DNA of 64,000 nt. Source: Takakia lepidozioides. Its lineage: Eukaryota > Plantae > Bryophyta. Under the pieces are notes generated by a model. It did no database searches. It worked only from the letters and a program-made list of their open reading frames with translations, and was not told the DNA's origin. Numbering within the stretch: the stretch's first letter is position 1; each line of letters starts with the position of its first letter. The translations under genes and the position numbers were made by a program. The stretch is taken from the NCBI GenBank assembly GCA_030704615.1, contig CM060731.1, positions 75,144,001 through 75,208,000 on the forward strand, in the 5' to 3' direction. Of this stretch, positions 27,605 to 42,600 are shown in pieces.

Positions 27605-29527
27605 ATGTGGCACAAGGAGATACCCAATCTCAGCTCGCTTCTCTAGGACTCACTCGATCTCGAAGCTTCTTTCTCTTTCGAACGCGGCTGCACTGTTGAA
27701 CTGGATGAGTCAATTTTCTCACCTTTCTGATGCGGCCATGGCTGAGAACTCTCTCTCTCTCTTTGTGGATCTCTCTCCTTTCTCTATCTCTATATTCTGC
27801 GTCCCTTTTTCTCCTCCCGTGTCTAGTGGTTCCGTTTGGACCCTCCAGTCTCCACACTTTTACGCAATTTTTTTTGCTAAGATCTGCCTTTCTCATTCTC
27901 GATTGTCATCATATCTCACTATTGCACAGCGAGTATAGATCTCTTTCAGAAGTAATCCTTTTCAGTTGCAGTGTATCCCGCCGGCCCACCGCGTCTCCTA
28001 CCTTTGCTCCAGGAGTGCCGATCAGAGGTATCGTGCGCGATACCTACAAAACCATTGGCGTAGGCTGGGTCATGACCAACAAATATGAAACTATACAATT
28101 GATATCTACTGTAACCTACCTTGGTACGAATCGCTTCCTACAGCGATTGAGCAGGAACTAGCATGATCCTGGCAAAGCAAAGACTGCCCTGAGATGCTGG
28201 GTCACTCTAAATCTGACATGATCACACAAATAGATTCATGATCACAATGTAGACAACCAGCTCCAAAAACCATGATCACAGATGCATGGATCGATAGGCT
28301 TAGTTGTGTCCATGCAAGCCAGGACATATAGCCTGATCACCCACATCCTGCATGCATTGCATGAACTACAGCCTGGATGAGTGCTCACTAATTTTCGAAG
28401 TTCAGAAGAGGCCTACAGCCTGTACATTGCATCAATGGAAACACATACACATACATCTGGATTTTTTAGGTGGGAAATAAAAAGCAGGAGTCCAATTGTT
28501 ACTAGCAATTCAAGGACGCAATCCTGGCCAGGTCCCATTTTTTCCTCTAACTCGCTTGGTGTCAGGTTGTGCAGATCTGTACAACTCCGTAAGTTGATCC
28601 TCAGGCATTTCAGTCAAACAGTACTTATGATGAGACTAACAATCAAGCACTCTGAGAAGGAAAGGAACGAAACAGAACTGGTACAGAGCCAGAAGAAAAT
28701 CTCGCTATCTAGAGCTCTCTCTGGGTGAGCTGAATCGAGCTATGGTTTGGTTGCTGAAACAGTTCAGACTGTGGAACCAAAACCCCTTGAGGTTCTTTTG
28801 GATGACAATGGTGCGCCACCTGCAGGTCATGCATGTGACTCAACTTGACCATACAATACACGGACGAGAGACGGACATTTCATCACATGTGATAATGCCT
28901 GCAGCCTGGATGGCACTGCAAAGATTGTGGCCTGCTGGTCGCCAACACCATCAGCGAACCTGGTCTACAGTTCACAAAACCATTGGCGCCTCAAGTACAC
29001 CGGTCTGTTGCAAGCTTCTACAAACACCCTCGTCTATAACAAGCCTTTGCTTGCTGTGTCAATATCCACACAGCAATCAAGGTTGGTACCTACAGATACA
29101 TGTTTGGGAAGTGCTAGAAGCCAAAGTTAGCTTACCTGGCTCAGGAAGGTGAGGAAACCAGGTCACTGACCACTGCAATTCCGTGCACCAAGCGCCAGAT
29201 AGCTGTCTGGTGCGGTCTTACTAGCACACTGCGAAATAGGAGGTCAATCCGAGAATAACCAACATCAGCTCAGATGACAAACCCTCTTCAGAAAATCTCC
29301 GCCAACGTGCGGGACTCCTGATTCAATCACAGTACTAGCAGGCACATGTGAAGTTCACAACAAGCTGCACTAATCTTCATAATATCATTACACGTGCTCA
29401 AGTGGATTTCATGGAGAAGTAGCCCCAAAACGCTGCAATTATTGCAACCCACAAACCTTTACAGCAGATTCACACCAAAACACTAACTCTCTTTCCACAA
29501 CAAGTGGTACAAGCCTCCCTCTCTTCG

Positions 29528-29770
29528 ACTGCACTCGATTCCTCCTTCTCTATCTTGCTGAACAGCAATCACACGTCAGAGAACAAATTGATCAACAATC
29601 GACTGCTCTAACAAGACCTGCACTCGATTCCTCTTGCTGAACAGGCAACACACGTCAGAAAAACTTGCTCAACCGCTCACAAGACCTGCACCCGATTCCT
29701 CCTCCTCTATGTTGCTGAACAGAAATCACAATCTATCAAGTTGCACGTCGGAACAAATTGATCAACAGTC
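29528..29770. repeat. Degenerate tandem repeat, ~3 units of 70-90 bp
   Basis: GCAC(T/C)CGATTCCTC...TTGCTGAACAG...CACGTC(A/G)GA recurs three times. Confidence 0.7.
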
Positions 29771-31351
29771 TCACTCTCTCGCTGCAGACCTTGGATGCAA
29801 GATGGCTCCACATATAAAGCTCCAGAGAAGGGCGGAGACAGCGAAGCCTACCGCCACATATAAGTCTTCTCGATCTCCATACCTCCCTGGACCACCGATC
29901 CTCTGTTGCTGCCGTGCCCCCCTCAGCCTGCCGTCATATACCCAAACCAAAATTATATAGTATAAGTAAAGTAGAACAAATAAAAAGCCAGACGGTAATT
30001 AGTGGGCCCCTAAACATTCTCCGCATTATATTTATGGGACTTTTGGCCACCGGCGGGGCACCCGCTTCGTCCGCCGGATATCGTCCGCTTTTCGATTAAT
30101 ATCGTTCGTTCAATGTTTCTTAGCACTAAAATAATTCTGCAACTAATCACGTTTTTCGTCGGATAATTTTTTTTTAAATAATTAAACGCGTTGGCCATTA
30201 ATTTTATTTCTAGGGGAAAAAATTAAACTCGGATGATGCCATAAGCAGATACACATCCAACGGACGAGGGACGAGCCCAGACTATAATAATGTACGGTAA
30301 TATATGACCCCTATAGGAAGGGTAAATTATGGTGCTCTTGACTCTTGACCCCCAAAGGGCTACTGCCTTCTGATAGGAAGGTGGACACATTTGTGGCACC
30401 TATCAGTGGATTGAACCCACAACCACTTCGGAGATGATATGGGCATGTGCCCATTAGCACTGGGATACAACTTGGTTGTCGTTATTATGGAACATGGGCT
30501 GCACAAAATAACAAAGAAAGAATTTAAGATGCCTGGAAACATATGCAATAGATAGCACTGTGATATTGTTGAATGAAAATATTCATGCTCCATCTGATTG
30601 GATGATATTCATCATTTTGATGAACGTCATCAAGAAATGCTGAAATTATTTTGCTAGCCAAAAATAAGGCCCCCAAAGTTTGCGTGGGCCCTGTCTATTA
30701 GAGGATGGTCCAGAAATTAAAAAGGCGGATATATAGTAAGCTACACAAGGATTTGAATTAATGACCTCTATGTAAGGGGGTCCAAAAAAAGACTATGGGG
30801 AAGGTGACGGCTATTAAATGGAAGATGGTTCAGGCGCCAAAATGGGGTGAGTAGAGTGCAGGTGTCCAGCGGTGGGTTTCTAAGGGGTGACATGTGTGGG
30901 GCAACCTTCTAGAAAGGTCCCCCACAGCTTGACTGAGTTGGGGCCGCCAGCCTCATAGGGTAGATAAAGGAGAAGAGTGTTCTGCCTCTTACTACTTACT
31001 CTCTTACCTACTATAGTGGGCTCTGCACAGGGGTGGCCCCAAAGAAAAGACTTAAATGTGAACCATAGTTATATTAATTAATAGAACAGTTGAGCTGAAT
31101 AAGCCCCATTAGAGAGGGACGAATTACGTAAAGGGCAGCATGTGTCTATAGGAGTACCATTCCAGTTCTCGTAAAACACTGGCAAATTTTTTTCTTTGTA
31201 ATTCAAGGAGCCTCCCTGGCCGCAAGGTTCCCCCCATTTACGGGAAGTACAAGGTTCCCCTAATTTGCGGGAAGTACCTTCCGCGTGTGGAAGGGTCCCC
31301 CATTTGCAGGGCAAGGAGCAGGAAAGAAAAATTTCCCAGTATTTCACGTTT

Positions 31352-31467
31352 GGGAAGGGTCGTTCCCACGGCCCTTCCTGAATTTTCGAGCACCAGGAAC
31401 TCGGGCTCCGCCCTCGTTGTTGCCGGTGCTCTCAAATTCAGGAAGGGCCTTGGGAACGACCCTTCCC
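31352..31467. repeat. Near-perfect inverted repeat (45-bp arms, ~26-nt loop)
   Basis: GGGAAGGGTCGTTCCCACGGCCCTTCCTGAATTTTCGAGCACCAG pairs with CCGGTGCTCTCAAATTCAGGAAGGGCCTTGGGAACGACCCTTCCC (about 4 mismatches). Confidence 0.85.
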
Positions 31468-34400
31468 TAATACTGATAGCCATGCCACACATAGATTTTG
31501 CCTCCCTTGGCAGGGAACGGCTTCTTCCCAACGCTGCAAGGCAAGCGGCCACACAAGCCTCATCCTTCACTGGTGGGACCCAGTTTGAAGAGCAAGGTTG
31601 GTAGCTAAGATCTTGCAAGGCAAAGGGTGAATCTGTCATGATAGAGTTACATCACCCTTTTCGTGCTCTCAGGGGGGTTCCCATATTGGTCGCGCCCTAC
31701 TACATGCTGCAGCATTCAAGCAATGCACATCCATCTCCATAACGTAGTTTCTCTTGCGTTAGAAAATTACATCGAGCAGTCGGCCCGTTGGTAGTGTACG
31801 AACGGCCTGACACTGCTGCGCGCCAAGGGCCCACGTTATGGGAATTGCGTTGAGGCAACGCATATGCCATGTGTGGCCTGGGTATGAGAGACAAGACTCC
31901 GGCGGCGGCGGGCGTGGCTTAGGGCAGCTTCGCCTTGCGGCTACTGCTCCCTTTGGGGTGTGGGCCCTATAGTTCTGTTCTGCATAACCTACTCACTCAC
32001 TACATTCCAAATCCCCTTGAAATGGAGACCTCTATCTTACATTTTTTGCCAATATATAGAAATTTCTGAATATCTAGGCAATCTTTGAAAAACTTGATAT
32101 ATATCAAACCATCGGAGCATAGTGTCAACTTGGGACAGCCCCCCTTGCCAAACTCCAGCAACCTAGGGTTTAGGGTTTCCTGTTTCCTCCTCCAACAAAT
32201 CATGGTTACTTAGACATCTGTAATGCACTGTCCGACAATGCTGCAATTTGGTTGTTTAATATGGGACAGGCAAAAAAAGAAATGGTTTTAAAGAATGGGC
32301 TCGTTACGGTGTACATGTTTAGCTTAAGAGCATCCACCACTAGTGAGTAGCTCAGCTGGATAGTGCACTGAGTGCCACCCACATGATACTGCTACATGGT
32401 ATGTTCTTCTCCCCCTTCCCTTGGGTGGTGTCCCATGAGCAAGCCTTCACGACGAGATTATTATAAAAGAGGTTATTTTCTCCTCTCACTATTATTAAGG
32501 GGCCCGATTTGTGACTTGTCGCTCCCAGGTAAAATGGAAATTTCTTAATTATTGTATCTAATATAACTTAACCCTTAACTTCCTATGGAACCCATTAAAT
32601 CGGGTTTCATAGAACATGATATATTAACGTAACTTTTGCAGATCTTGTAAGTTTAGGTCGTTTCTTCAGCAATAAATGACCTAACAACATGGATCATCTC
32701 CAATTGGCAGCATGCCATTTGGAGAAAGTCTGCCACATCCACAAATTTCCAAAACCCACTGGGACAGAAATGCTCTTGCATGGAGGGAGGCCATGCACAG
32801 TTGACTTCTACGTGGACAACGCTGATTGGATAGCACTTCAGGCCACTGGGTGGTCAATTTTTACAATTTCTACCATTGGATGTGGGCATAATTTGGACCA
32901 AGGTGAAGGTGTGAAGAGAGTCACTCCCTCACCAGAGGGATTTTGAATTGAGCAATTGTGGAGGCCAAATCCCGATTTCTAAATCTTTGTAATAAAGGTA
33001 GTTTGAAACAACCCCCCCCCCCCCAGAAACACATACAAAACACCCCCTAAACCTGACTTTTGCCCCTCATTTTTTGCATGGACATGGCATTCCTACCATA
33101 GGAATGTGTGGAATAAACACTCCACAAAAATCTAAAAGCCTCTCAAATTAGCTGGTCAAGGCTAAAACCCATGTTTTCAAAACAGAAACAAAAAATCCAT
33201 CCTCTCTAAAAACCATATAATTTCCCATATTTGATGGTGAAACAAGTTCATTTTTGGTGAGTGCATGCATGTGCCAGGTGTGTACCTACGTGTAAGATCC
33301 ATTTTATTGGATGATTTTTGATAGGTAGTTAGCCTTTTTTAGGTGTCAAAAAATGAACCATGTAGGAAGTTAAGGGTTAATGTACATGCACTAACATTAA
33401 AAATATCTATTTTTATTCTCTATCCAATGATCGGACTATCTAGTGAAGGCATTTAGAATATCCTCTCTTGTCTGTACTATCTAACTAGGACTATCTATCA
33501 GCCAGGAGATCTTGGGTTCAACACCTAGCAATAGAAATCACACCATTAGCCAGCTGCCAGAACCCTTGGCTGGCACGGTCAACAGTTGTAAGTGCATTGT
33601 TCCCTGGACGGGCAGCAACTATTACACTTGGCATTTTGAGGATCCAACCGTGGATACCTAAAAGTCAATTCTATTGACCCTACCGTGTGCCGACCCAACG
33701 TCTGGAGTCTGGAGGTCAATTTTGTACTGGTATATGCCAGTCGGCCGGGGCATGTGCAAGGGTATAGGTGAGGGTATGCCAAAACCAACCCGGCTGCTGT
33801 GTCATGCAGCGGCCAACCTACCTATACTGAACGGGTGTGTGTAGAATTCAGGGTTTAGGTTCCAAACACACCCAAACTGATACCATACCAGTCACAGTAG
33901 CTGGCAGAGCAATACTAGCATATTTATGGAGTTAGCGGCATGTTGTGTTTGCTATGGGAGAGATTGAGCAGATCGGCTTTGTGATTGCAATTTTTTCTTA
34001 CCTTTGGTATGTTGCCCTCAATCTGGTTTCTTTTATCAGCTTTGAATGGAGTATGATGAATGTTGGGGTATACCATACCATTGTACATGCTGCCCAGTAT
34101 GTCATTTAAGTTTTTGCCAGACCCATGCTTAGGTCCAGGGTATCTCAAAATTACCCGTATCCATCCTACAACCTACCTGGCCCGTCCTAATCCCAGTGGC
34201 CCTACCGGTTGGACCCAACAGCCAAGTTGGACCTACCAAAAGCAGTCTGGTATATTGCCAAAATGGACATGCCAGTACACACTCGGCTGGATCCCATAGA
34301 GAGAGAGAGAAGAGATACGGGCCAAGGCCGGCGTAACTAAGAGCCACTTCGCCTTGCGGCGACTGCCCCCTTTCGGGGGTGAGCAAGATCCAATAGAGCC

Positions 34401-36699
34401 TCAATATTGACCCGGCTTACTATGTGATAGGATTTGAACCACCAACTTATTCCACATGGAACATTTTTTTTTCTCTTTTAATATAAAGTGTAAATAACCT
34501 GCCAATGAGGAGTAAGTTTCCGCTATTTTTGGACCTACCCTGGGCGGCAACCAACTGATATTCTCTTTTGCGCTATTTTCGTTTGCTCAAGTTATGTTCC
34601 ATCTTCGGTCCAAGGCACAAACCCGTAACCATGATTCCATTTGTAAGTCCGGAACGTGCGCGTACATATTCACTCCAATCTCATATAAAATCGGTCGTAA
34701 TGGCATATCACGTTGTAATGGAATACAGATTAGTGCATCGGAGATGTAATTTTGAGCAGAAAATTCAGCCTTGAATACCAATAACGTGGGCATAAAACTC
34801 GTCGGTCATTATATCAGCCACATGATACTGCTAAGAAGGTTATAATGGAGACCAATCCACCTCTACACTTCAAGAGAGAGAAAAATAAATAAATAATGTA
34901 CAAGCGGACCTGAAACATAGCTAGATCCTATGCCGTTGGCACTCGTGCGTGCCCTGCCCACTTCACCCACTTTGCCGCCAACTAATCGACCCTCCCTTTC
35001 CTCTTCTGTCGATCCTACCTCTTCTGCACTTGCCATTTTCACATGGCAAGCAGTAGCCATGTGGGGCTGAATGCTATAGTGACCTTTGTTTGGGACAGCT
35101 TGTTAGATGTCCAATTTTCTTTGCTTACTTTTTTTTTGGAACGATTGGGGTACATATTGTGCCGAATAATGTCCCCAAAATTTCAATGGAAAATTATGAT
35201 CCGCATGCGGTTACGACAACCCCCAGACTCTCAAGTGATCCGTTGGTTGTCCGGTATAGTGTGCGTATATGCGCTTGACACCGTATGAGGCAACGATGCC
35301 ACCCACTCATCGTCACTAGTACCGCACTCCTCTATGTCTTTGACAGCATATTCCTTGCTGATTTTCTCCAATTTCTTAGCAAATTATGTTACAATAACAA
35401 ACGAATTTGCCCCAGGGCATTATTGTTGTTATTCCTTGAAGTTCAAGCACTCCAAAAGGACCAAAGATTATTATAATAATAAGAATGACTCAAGTGGAAA
35501 TTGGCCTTGCATTGCAGCAGTACTGTCTATCAAGTTGTTTTGTATAAGAGAAACAAAATTTTGAATGGACTTCTGTATTGGCTTCTGCATGTATTTTCCG
35601 TTAATGTTGATGCTCATGTGAATGTAGTTTTGTATTTTAATAGGCCTGATAGTCAAAGGGCCTTATCTCGGGAATGCCAATAATTATCCATTTGTTTTTG
35701 CCACGTTGTGTGATTGGATGGTCGTAATGGATGGACCGAAGAGCATCACAGGACAAAAGACAGAGGTAATGGTCCAATGCTCCGTAACAGAAGTTCGATG
35801 TCGTCATAGGTGGATGAATTAACTGAGGTCACTCCGTGGACTTTTCCGTCGCTTTCATCAACTTACTCACCCTATCCAAACAATACAATGTCTCCGTAAT
35901 AAAGAATTGGTGCATGTCAACATGATTGTCGTTTGCATTCCTGCTATAGGATGTTTATGGTCAAAAAAAGAAATCGAGGTCAACAGTTGCACTAGTATGA
36001 TATTTGCAAGGTCATACTAGTATGTATGACAATGGTAAGGTCAAAAACAGGAGGATAAGACTTAAGTAAATAATTGTCACAAATACCTTTTTCTCTATTT
36101 TTATTCAAAAATTCTCAAGATCTCATTGTCGATATCAGAAATACTATAATTGTCTATTATATTTCCTAGCCATCCAATTTTGTCACCTGAAAACCTACCA
36201 AAAAAATCCCTTTCTTCAGTTTGTCGTATTATGATCGAATGTGGGTAGTTGGCCAGCACTTTTGAGATTTGAAAAACCAGATTCTGATTCGGTCTCGCAA
36301 AATTGAGTCAAGGTTGATTTAGTAAATCTAATGTTTGTACCCTCAATTGTTGTAGTAGTTAGTATTTGATTGTTTGTGTGGCCCCATGTCAATGTCAACG
36401 TTACGGTATATTTGGAAATTAGTAACATAAGAAGATATCTTGTAGCTTGTGTTTCATTAAACTCTTAATTAACAACTCCATTGCACAATCTTACCTACCG
36501 GCAAAAGAGAGACTTCTTTGTCGCTCTCTCCGACCAAATTTGGGTTTGTCTAAGTAAGTTCTAAGCAAATTTGTGTTTTGTTTAGTTTTCTTCTGTTTAG
36601 TTTCCTTTTTTTGAAGGAACATGGAAGAGGGCCTCTCATTTTTGAATAATTGGGAGTTTATGTCGCGCGTGTGGAACAGGGCGCGCATGGCCGCACGGA

Positions 36700-39600
36700 C
36701 ACGGGGTCGCCCTCCCCCACCTCCCCGGCCGCCCACCCCCACCTGCCAGCCCCGCAGCCGCCCGCGGCCCAGCCCGCCGTGGTCGCCGCTGGGTCCGCCC
36801 GCCATCGGGTCCCAGTGGGTCTGCCCGGGCTGGGGTCTGCCCAAGCTCGGTCTGCCCGCTGGTGGCGCATGTCGTCCGGCAGACCATCCCAGACCGGCAC
36901 AGCAGACCAGACCTACGTGGCGCACATCTGCCCATCCAGATCCGGTTTTATCCAGACCGTCCGGATTTAGGGCATGCCATGGCACTCGCCGATCTCCTCA
37001 GACCCCCTTTTCTCTTTTCTCTTTTCTCTGTTGCCTATCGTGTGTCGTTGTTGCTTGCTGTTGTTTGTTGTTTGATTGTTTAGAACCAACAGACTCACCC
37101 AGTTGTGAAGAATCCCTTTGCATGACTCCATGGACTCTCGTGGCAACGTCGGAGTCCATCGTTTCAAGCCACAGCCTCCTTTGTTCATATGCTTCTACTA
37201 TTTTTGCTTTGTTGTTCGCCTATTCGTGGGACTGTTTGAGCGCGGGGAAGACGTTTACATTGTTAACATTGAGTTTACAGTGTAGACTTGAACGGAAGTA
37301 TTTAGGTCTTTGCTAACAAGTACGACTCATTTTAGCGGATAGAAATTGAGAATCGGCCTTTCCCTTGTCACACTATCGTGTTCAAGGCTTGTCCTCCATA
37401 TAACATGTGTAGAATGGCATTGCAAAAATGGCGGAAGCATATGTGCATGGCTGGCTGTATAAAATTCAGATTTCCTCCCGAGTTCCGTCTCTTGGATGTT
37501 GTTTGCAGGTGGACCCATTGATGCAGGACCAGATGGGCATGTGTGCAGGCGGAATTTTTTTGCGCACCGAACCAGTGGACCTTCCAAATGTTACCATGAC
37601 AGTGCGGGCCGCACAGACCCAGCCGAGGGGACCATTGAAATGGTCAAACGGGTGGGGACATAATGCAAACAGAGGGTAGACTAGATGGGCAGAGCAGGAG
37701 AAGAGAAGAGTGCACCATGCCAGTCCAGACGAGAAGACCGAACCAACAGACCAGCCTGGAGAACTCTGGGCAGACCCCGACGGCAGACCGAGGGCAAACA
37801 ATCTTTGCCAAACGAATGCGACAGACCAGTGCCACATACCTGCACGGCAGACCCTTTTGATAGACCCGTTCGGCATACCGTCGGCATACCCCTATGTCTA
37901 ACCCAACCGACAGACCCGTTTGACAGACCCGACTGACAAACTTGATTGGCAGACATATTCCACCCAATCGGCTCCACCACTGCAACATAAGGAGGAATTG
38001 TGTCAGGGACGGTCTGCTGAATGCAAATGAAGAAGAGCAAGCAAAAAAGGAAATGAAGGTCTTGAGATGAAGAAGTCTGGTGAAGTTGATACCTTTGCAT
38101 TTCAGCAACGACGGGCATGCGACCTTTCAAGAGCGGACGGGCGCTACGAAGAGGCAGAAATCGTGAAGCGCAACACATCGTGTAGGAGCAAAGTGGAGAG
38201 ACGCGAAAGACGCAAGAGGAGGAAGAGGCGATAGCCCCAACGTAACGGCTCATTGCTAAGCGTGACAGGAGCACGCGTGCAGCCGCCGAGGCCATGCACG
38301 TCGTACAGGCGTCCGCGGCCCATTAGACTGCCACCGAAACATCAAATGTCCCGGCGGCACAATAATGGCCGCCGTCAAGGTCTTCCATGGTCTGCCCTAA
38401 GTCCTTCCGCCATGCCGGTCTGTCGTCGGTCTGTTGCGAGGGTCTGCCAATCGGGTCTGCCAATCGGGTATGTGCATGCCCCTCGCCACAAAGCAAAGAG
38501 AAGGTACTGGTATGAGCCAAGTGAGTACGATGCTAAAATAGTAGAAGCATTTTTGGACTTGCGCGTAGCAAAGGAGAAAGAGAACTGGCCAAATGATCGG
38601 TTTCAGTGCCCCTTTTGCCCCGACATTGTCAAGGACAAAGAGACTCTAAACCGCCATGTCCTTGATGGAGGATGAAAAGGTATGGTCCCTGAGAACTTCA
38701 AGCCTTGGCCCAAGCCAAGTTCGTCTAAGGCCGCAAAAGAAATCACTACAAAGTGTAGGGGTGCACCTGCCGTCGCTCGGGGAAGTGCGGCAGCGTTATT
38801 ACACTGAAGCCGGCCTGCTGGGCCCCGGCCGCGTTATGCCAGTGAAGAAAAGGAAGCTCAGTGATGGAGCTAAAATAAATGTAGACCGCAAAAGTCACAG
38901 ATATGCCAGTACCAGTACTGGTAGACCATGGGATATAAGAGTGACTAGTAAAGAATTGCAACTAGGTCGGTCCCAGCAGACCAGCAGGCTGCCGTTGGAA
39001 CTTTGTCATCCAGTGGGGATGACTCAAGTGAGGAAGACTCCCATGAAGAGGAGGATCATGTTCAGGACATGTCGACGGAGCCTAGTTGCGAGACCGTACC
39101 TGGTGAACGACCCCATTGGGTACACCCCGCCGATACATGACATAAACCTAGACTCGGACACCCCCATGGAGGAATCACACCCTCAAACAGACCCACGAAG
39201 CACACCACATATCAGACCCAACAAGCAGACCAAGAAACAGCAGACCCTGACTTACGTTCATGGAGATGTAACGGGCACCCCTGTCCGCCCTGGCACATTG
39301 TACCTTCTTCCCCACGGTCTTCTGCCAGACCAGTACCCAGATGAATCAGATCCGGAGTTTTTCCCATTTTTGTATGGTTACGTGAGATCAGGGCAAATAC
39401 AGCAGACCATTCACACAGCAGAGAAGAAGTGGGTGGAGGCACGATCACACCCAAGGGATGAAGACTACAATGGCCTCTAGGTACTTGAACCACTCTTTCT
39501 ATGGTCTACCGTATTTGAGTGTTTCGATTTCATGGTTGCAATGAGTGATATACTATGCTGGGTGTTGTATGTGTGGCCTGCTGCTGTCAGTCTACTGTTC

Positions 39601-42600
39601 TGGGTCTGCTATTATGTACATGGTACTGCATTACTTGTTTTGGCTGTGGTCTGCTTCATAGGTCCACAGCCGTGTGTCTACTTTGAACCCCTGTTGCAAA
39701 TCATGGTATAGTGTTCTTTATTATTGTTATATATGTGCTTTGCTGCGAACGGTCTACTGTTTTGGGTCTGCTTTTCGCAACATGGTACTGCATTTTGAGA
39801 GGGTGCTACTGTCGTGGCTGTGGTCTACTGCATGGGTCCACGGCTGTGATCTATTGCTATGCTTTACTGGTCTTTTGGGTGTGGTCTACTGATATGGCCT
39901 ACTGGTGTATGGTCTACTGGTCTACTGTCATGGCCAATTTGGGCTGGTCTACTGGTCTATGGTCTATTGGTCTATTGTCATGGCCAATTTTGCTGTTTGT
40001 TTTCAGGAGGCGAATGCGCAAGACAACCGAGTGTACAAGGCTTTGCAAATCTGGAAGTACGGGTCCAACGGTCCTCCCTTGGAAAATACACTTGTCTGGA
40101 ATGAGGTCCATGATATTCGCGACTACGAGGGGAAGAAGATACTGAATCTTGCCAGAACACCTAAATGCCTTAATGGCGCAGCTCCATGGCAGTCTGTATC
40201 CACAGTCGGCCGATGTCATTGCATCAATTCAGGATGGTACCACTGGCCCCGCAGCAGGCCTCCCTCCGTCTGCGGCAAAGGCTTTTGAGAGCGCCGGTCA
40301 GACTAGCAGACCCGGCTCAGTGGACCTTTCTTCCGTGACCCGTCCTCCAGCGGACCTTCGTACCTCTGCAGCAGACCCGCAATAGACCACATTGCGTGGC
40401 CGAACTGATTTCCCATTTGGCAGACCATGGCGAGCTCCACAGCGGTCTACAACTGATGAGGAGGATCCCACTCTTCCGAAGTTTCGTTGTGGGGAAAGCA
40501 ATCGGCATCTCGACTGGTACAATGAGCTTCACTGCATCGTCGCCTCCCGGTGGACCTTTGCTCCGCATCACTCCTCAATGGAGTTCATGGCGGAGGAGGC
40601 CACCCGTGTTTTGGACAAAGCCTGTGAGTATGGAGTGGCACTTCTGGCAGAGGAGACTGAGCCACCGCTTATTGCGTAGCTCTTCCTCATGCACGACCCA
40701 CGCCCACTGGAGATAAGGCACATGGCCATCGCCCACCCAATATTTGGTGTTCGTCCGAAGCACTTAGTGAGCTTGACAGAGAGTGCTTTTCAGGAGATGG
40801 CAGATTGTTTCCTCCGCTGTCAATGGATGCAATTTGGTAATTTCAGGGCTTACACCAAATTAAAAAAAGACCTTCACAATCTGCGGATGGACCTGCTGCA
40901 CGGAAGCGAAGAGGCTCAGGAAAGTATCACGCAAGACGCCATGATGTGGTTTGTGACTCTGTAGGAGCGTACGGTTTTGGACATTGCATTCAACAAACGA
41001 CATGCTTTCCAAGTGTTCTGGAGCAGGTTTCCAGCAGAGGACCGTGTTGCAACTCTAGGAGAGCTTGACGAGGCCTTCATGGATCGGCTGATGAAAGATA
41101 TTGGGGTGTGGACCATAGTCCTACATCATGGTATGTCATCAGACCTTAACAGACCTTGTTAACAGACCTTGTCGGTGATCAGACTTTATCCCAGACCATG
41201 CATGTAAACCATGACAACCAACAGACGTTGTGAAGCAGACCACCTCAACCAGCAAACCCCCATGTATTCTTCCATTTGTTAGCAGACTAGGGATGACAAT
41301 GTTTGTGACATTGTTGCAGAGTACGACCCGGAGGACGAGCTTATTCAGAATGCTCTTGACCAATACGCCAATGGCACACGGCAGCTTCTAAGAGCCCTCC
41401 GTGGCCATACTGGCGTCGAGTCACCCGTTAAATGCAGGCTCATTGGAGTTTGTACAACAGCAGACCCTTCATCTACACAGAACTCTACTCCCATGGAGAC
41501 CCAGGAGGACCGCAGTGAGCAGACCCTTCCCAGTAAAATCCCAAGTACCGACATGCGAACCAGCAGACCTTGTTGATGGAGAACAAGGAACAGCAAACCC
41601 CCGACTGGATTGTTAGTACTCCCCAGCTAGACAATGTGGTGGGACACCCAAAGTCCGAGGCCCTTTTTCTCGAATTGCTGGCCAGACTTCGTGAGACTCG
41701 TTTGCGTGACAAAACCTTGTCCTTGCCAAAACAGACTTTCGTGGAGGCATTGCACACCTTACCCAAAATTACCGGGGAGACCTTGGTTATGCAGACCTTT
41801 CCAGATAACAACTTCCACAACTCCTTCCATGAGCAGACCTTTCCAGATCAGCGGGCACCCATCTTACATCACATGCAGACCTTTGCACCGTCCACCTTCC
41901 CAGAGCAGACCGCTGCGGTGGAAAGGAGACCAGAGCATACCAGTGCATACCAGACAAGACCAGACCACACTAAACCAGACCACACAAGACCGGACCGGAC
42001 CGGAGGAGTCCCCACTAGGCCAGACCACACTAGACCACACCAGAGCAAAGGACTCCAGACGAGCCGAGTGCACAACAGACCAGACCCCAGAAGACCAGAG
42101 GATACCACACCACACCGTATCAGAGCAGACCTTTCCCGACCAGTGCAGACCTGATCAGACCTTGCCGGAGCAGAGGAGAGAAGATCAGACCTTGCCGGAG
42201 GACACCCTGCCTGATACATTGCTTGACAACAACACCGCAGAAGTGCATCGTGACACAGGTATGGACGCTGACACCTCACCATTCCAACATCAGTAGACCC
42301 TACCAATGCAGGACATCAGACCATCTAACATTCGTGAAGACCTGGTGGAAAAAACCCAGGAAGCGACGCCGATCCTCCCTGGCACTTACGAGTTGCCGAA
42401 AATGAGAGGAGCAATTCATTTCCCCCCCACTGCAAACATCTGCTGAGAAGCAGAGAATGGTAGTGGACCTTACCCTTGCCACCAGACCTTCTGACACAGC
42501 ACAGCCTGAACACAACCGAGAAGGCGTCAGTGCTCATTTATCCATAGTACAGACCAATTCTGCAATTGCGACTATGGACTATGACTGTGACAGTTTGGTT

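Noticed and set aside
32345-34450. tRNA-like boxes (TAGCTCAGCTGG ~32358; GGTTCAA ~33515; reverse-strand GGTTCAAATCC ~34430)
   Set aside because: The boxes are far apart and no cloverleaf forms; at most SINE debris.
36491-37316. Overlapping Pro/Arg/Gly-rich ORFs
   Set aside because: A by-product of locally high GC content; no recognisable domain.
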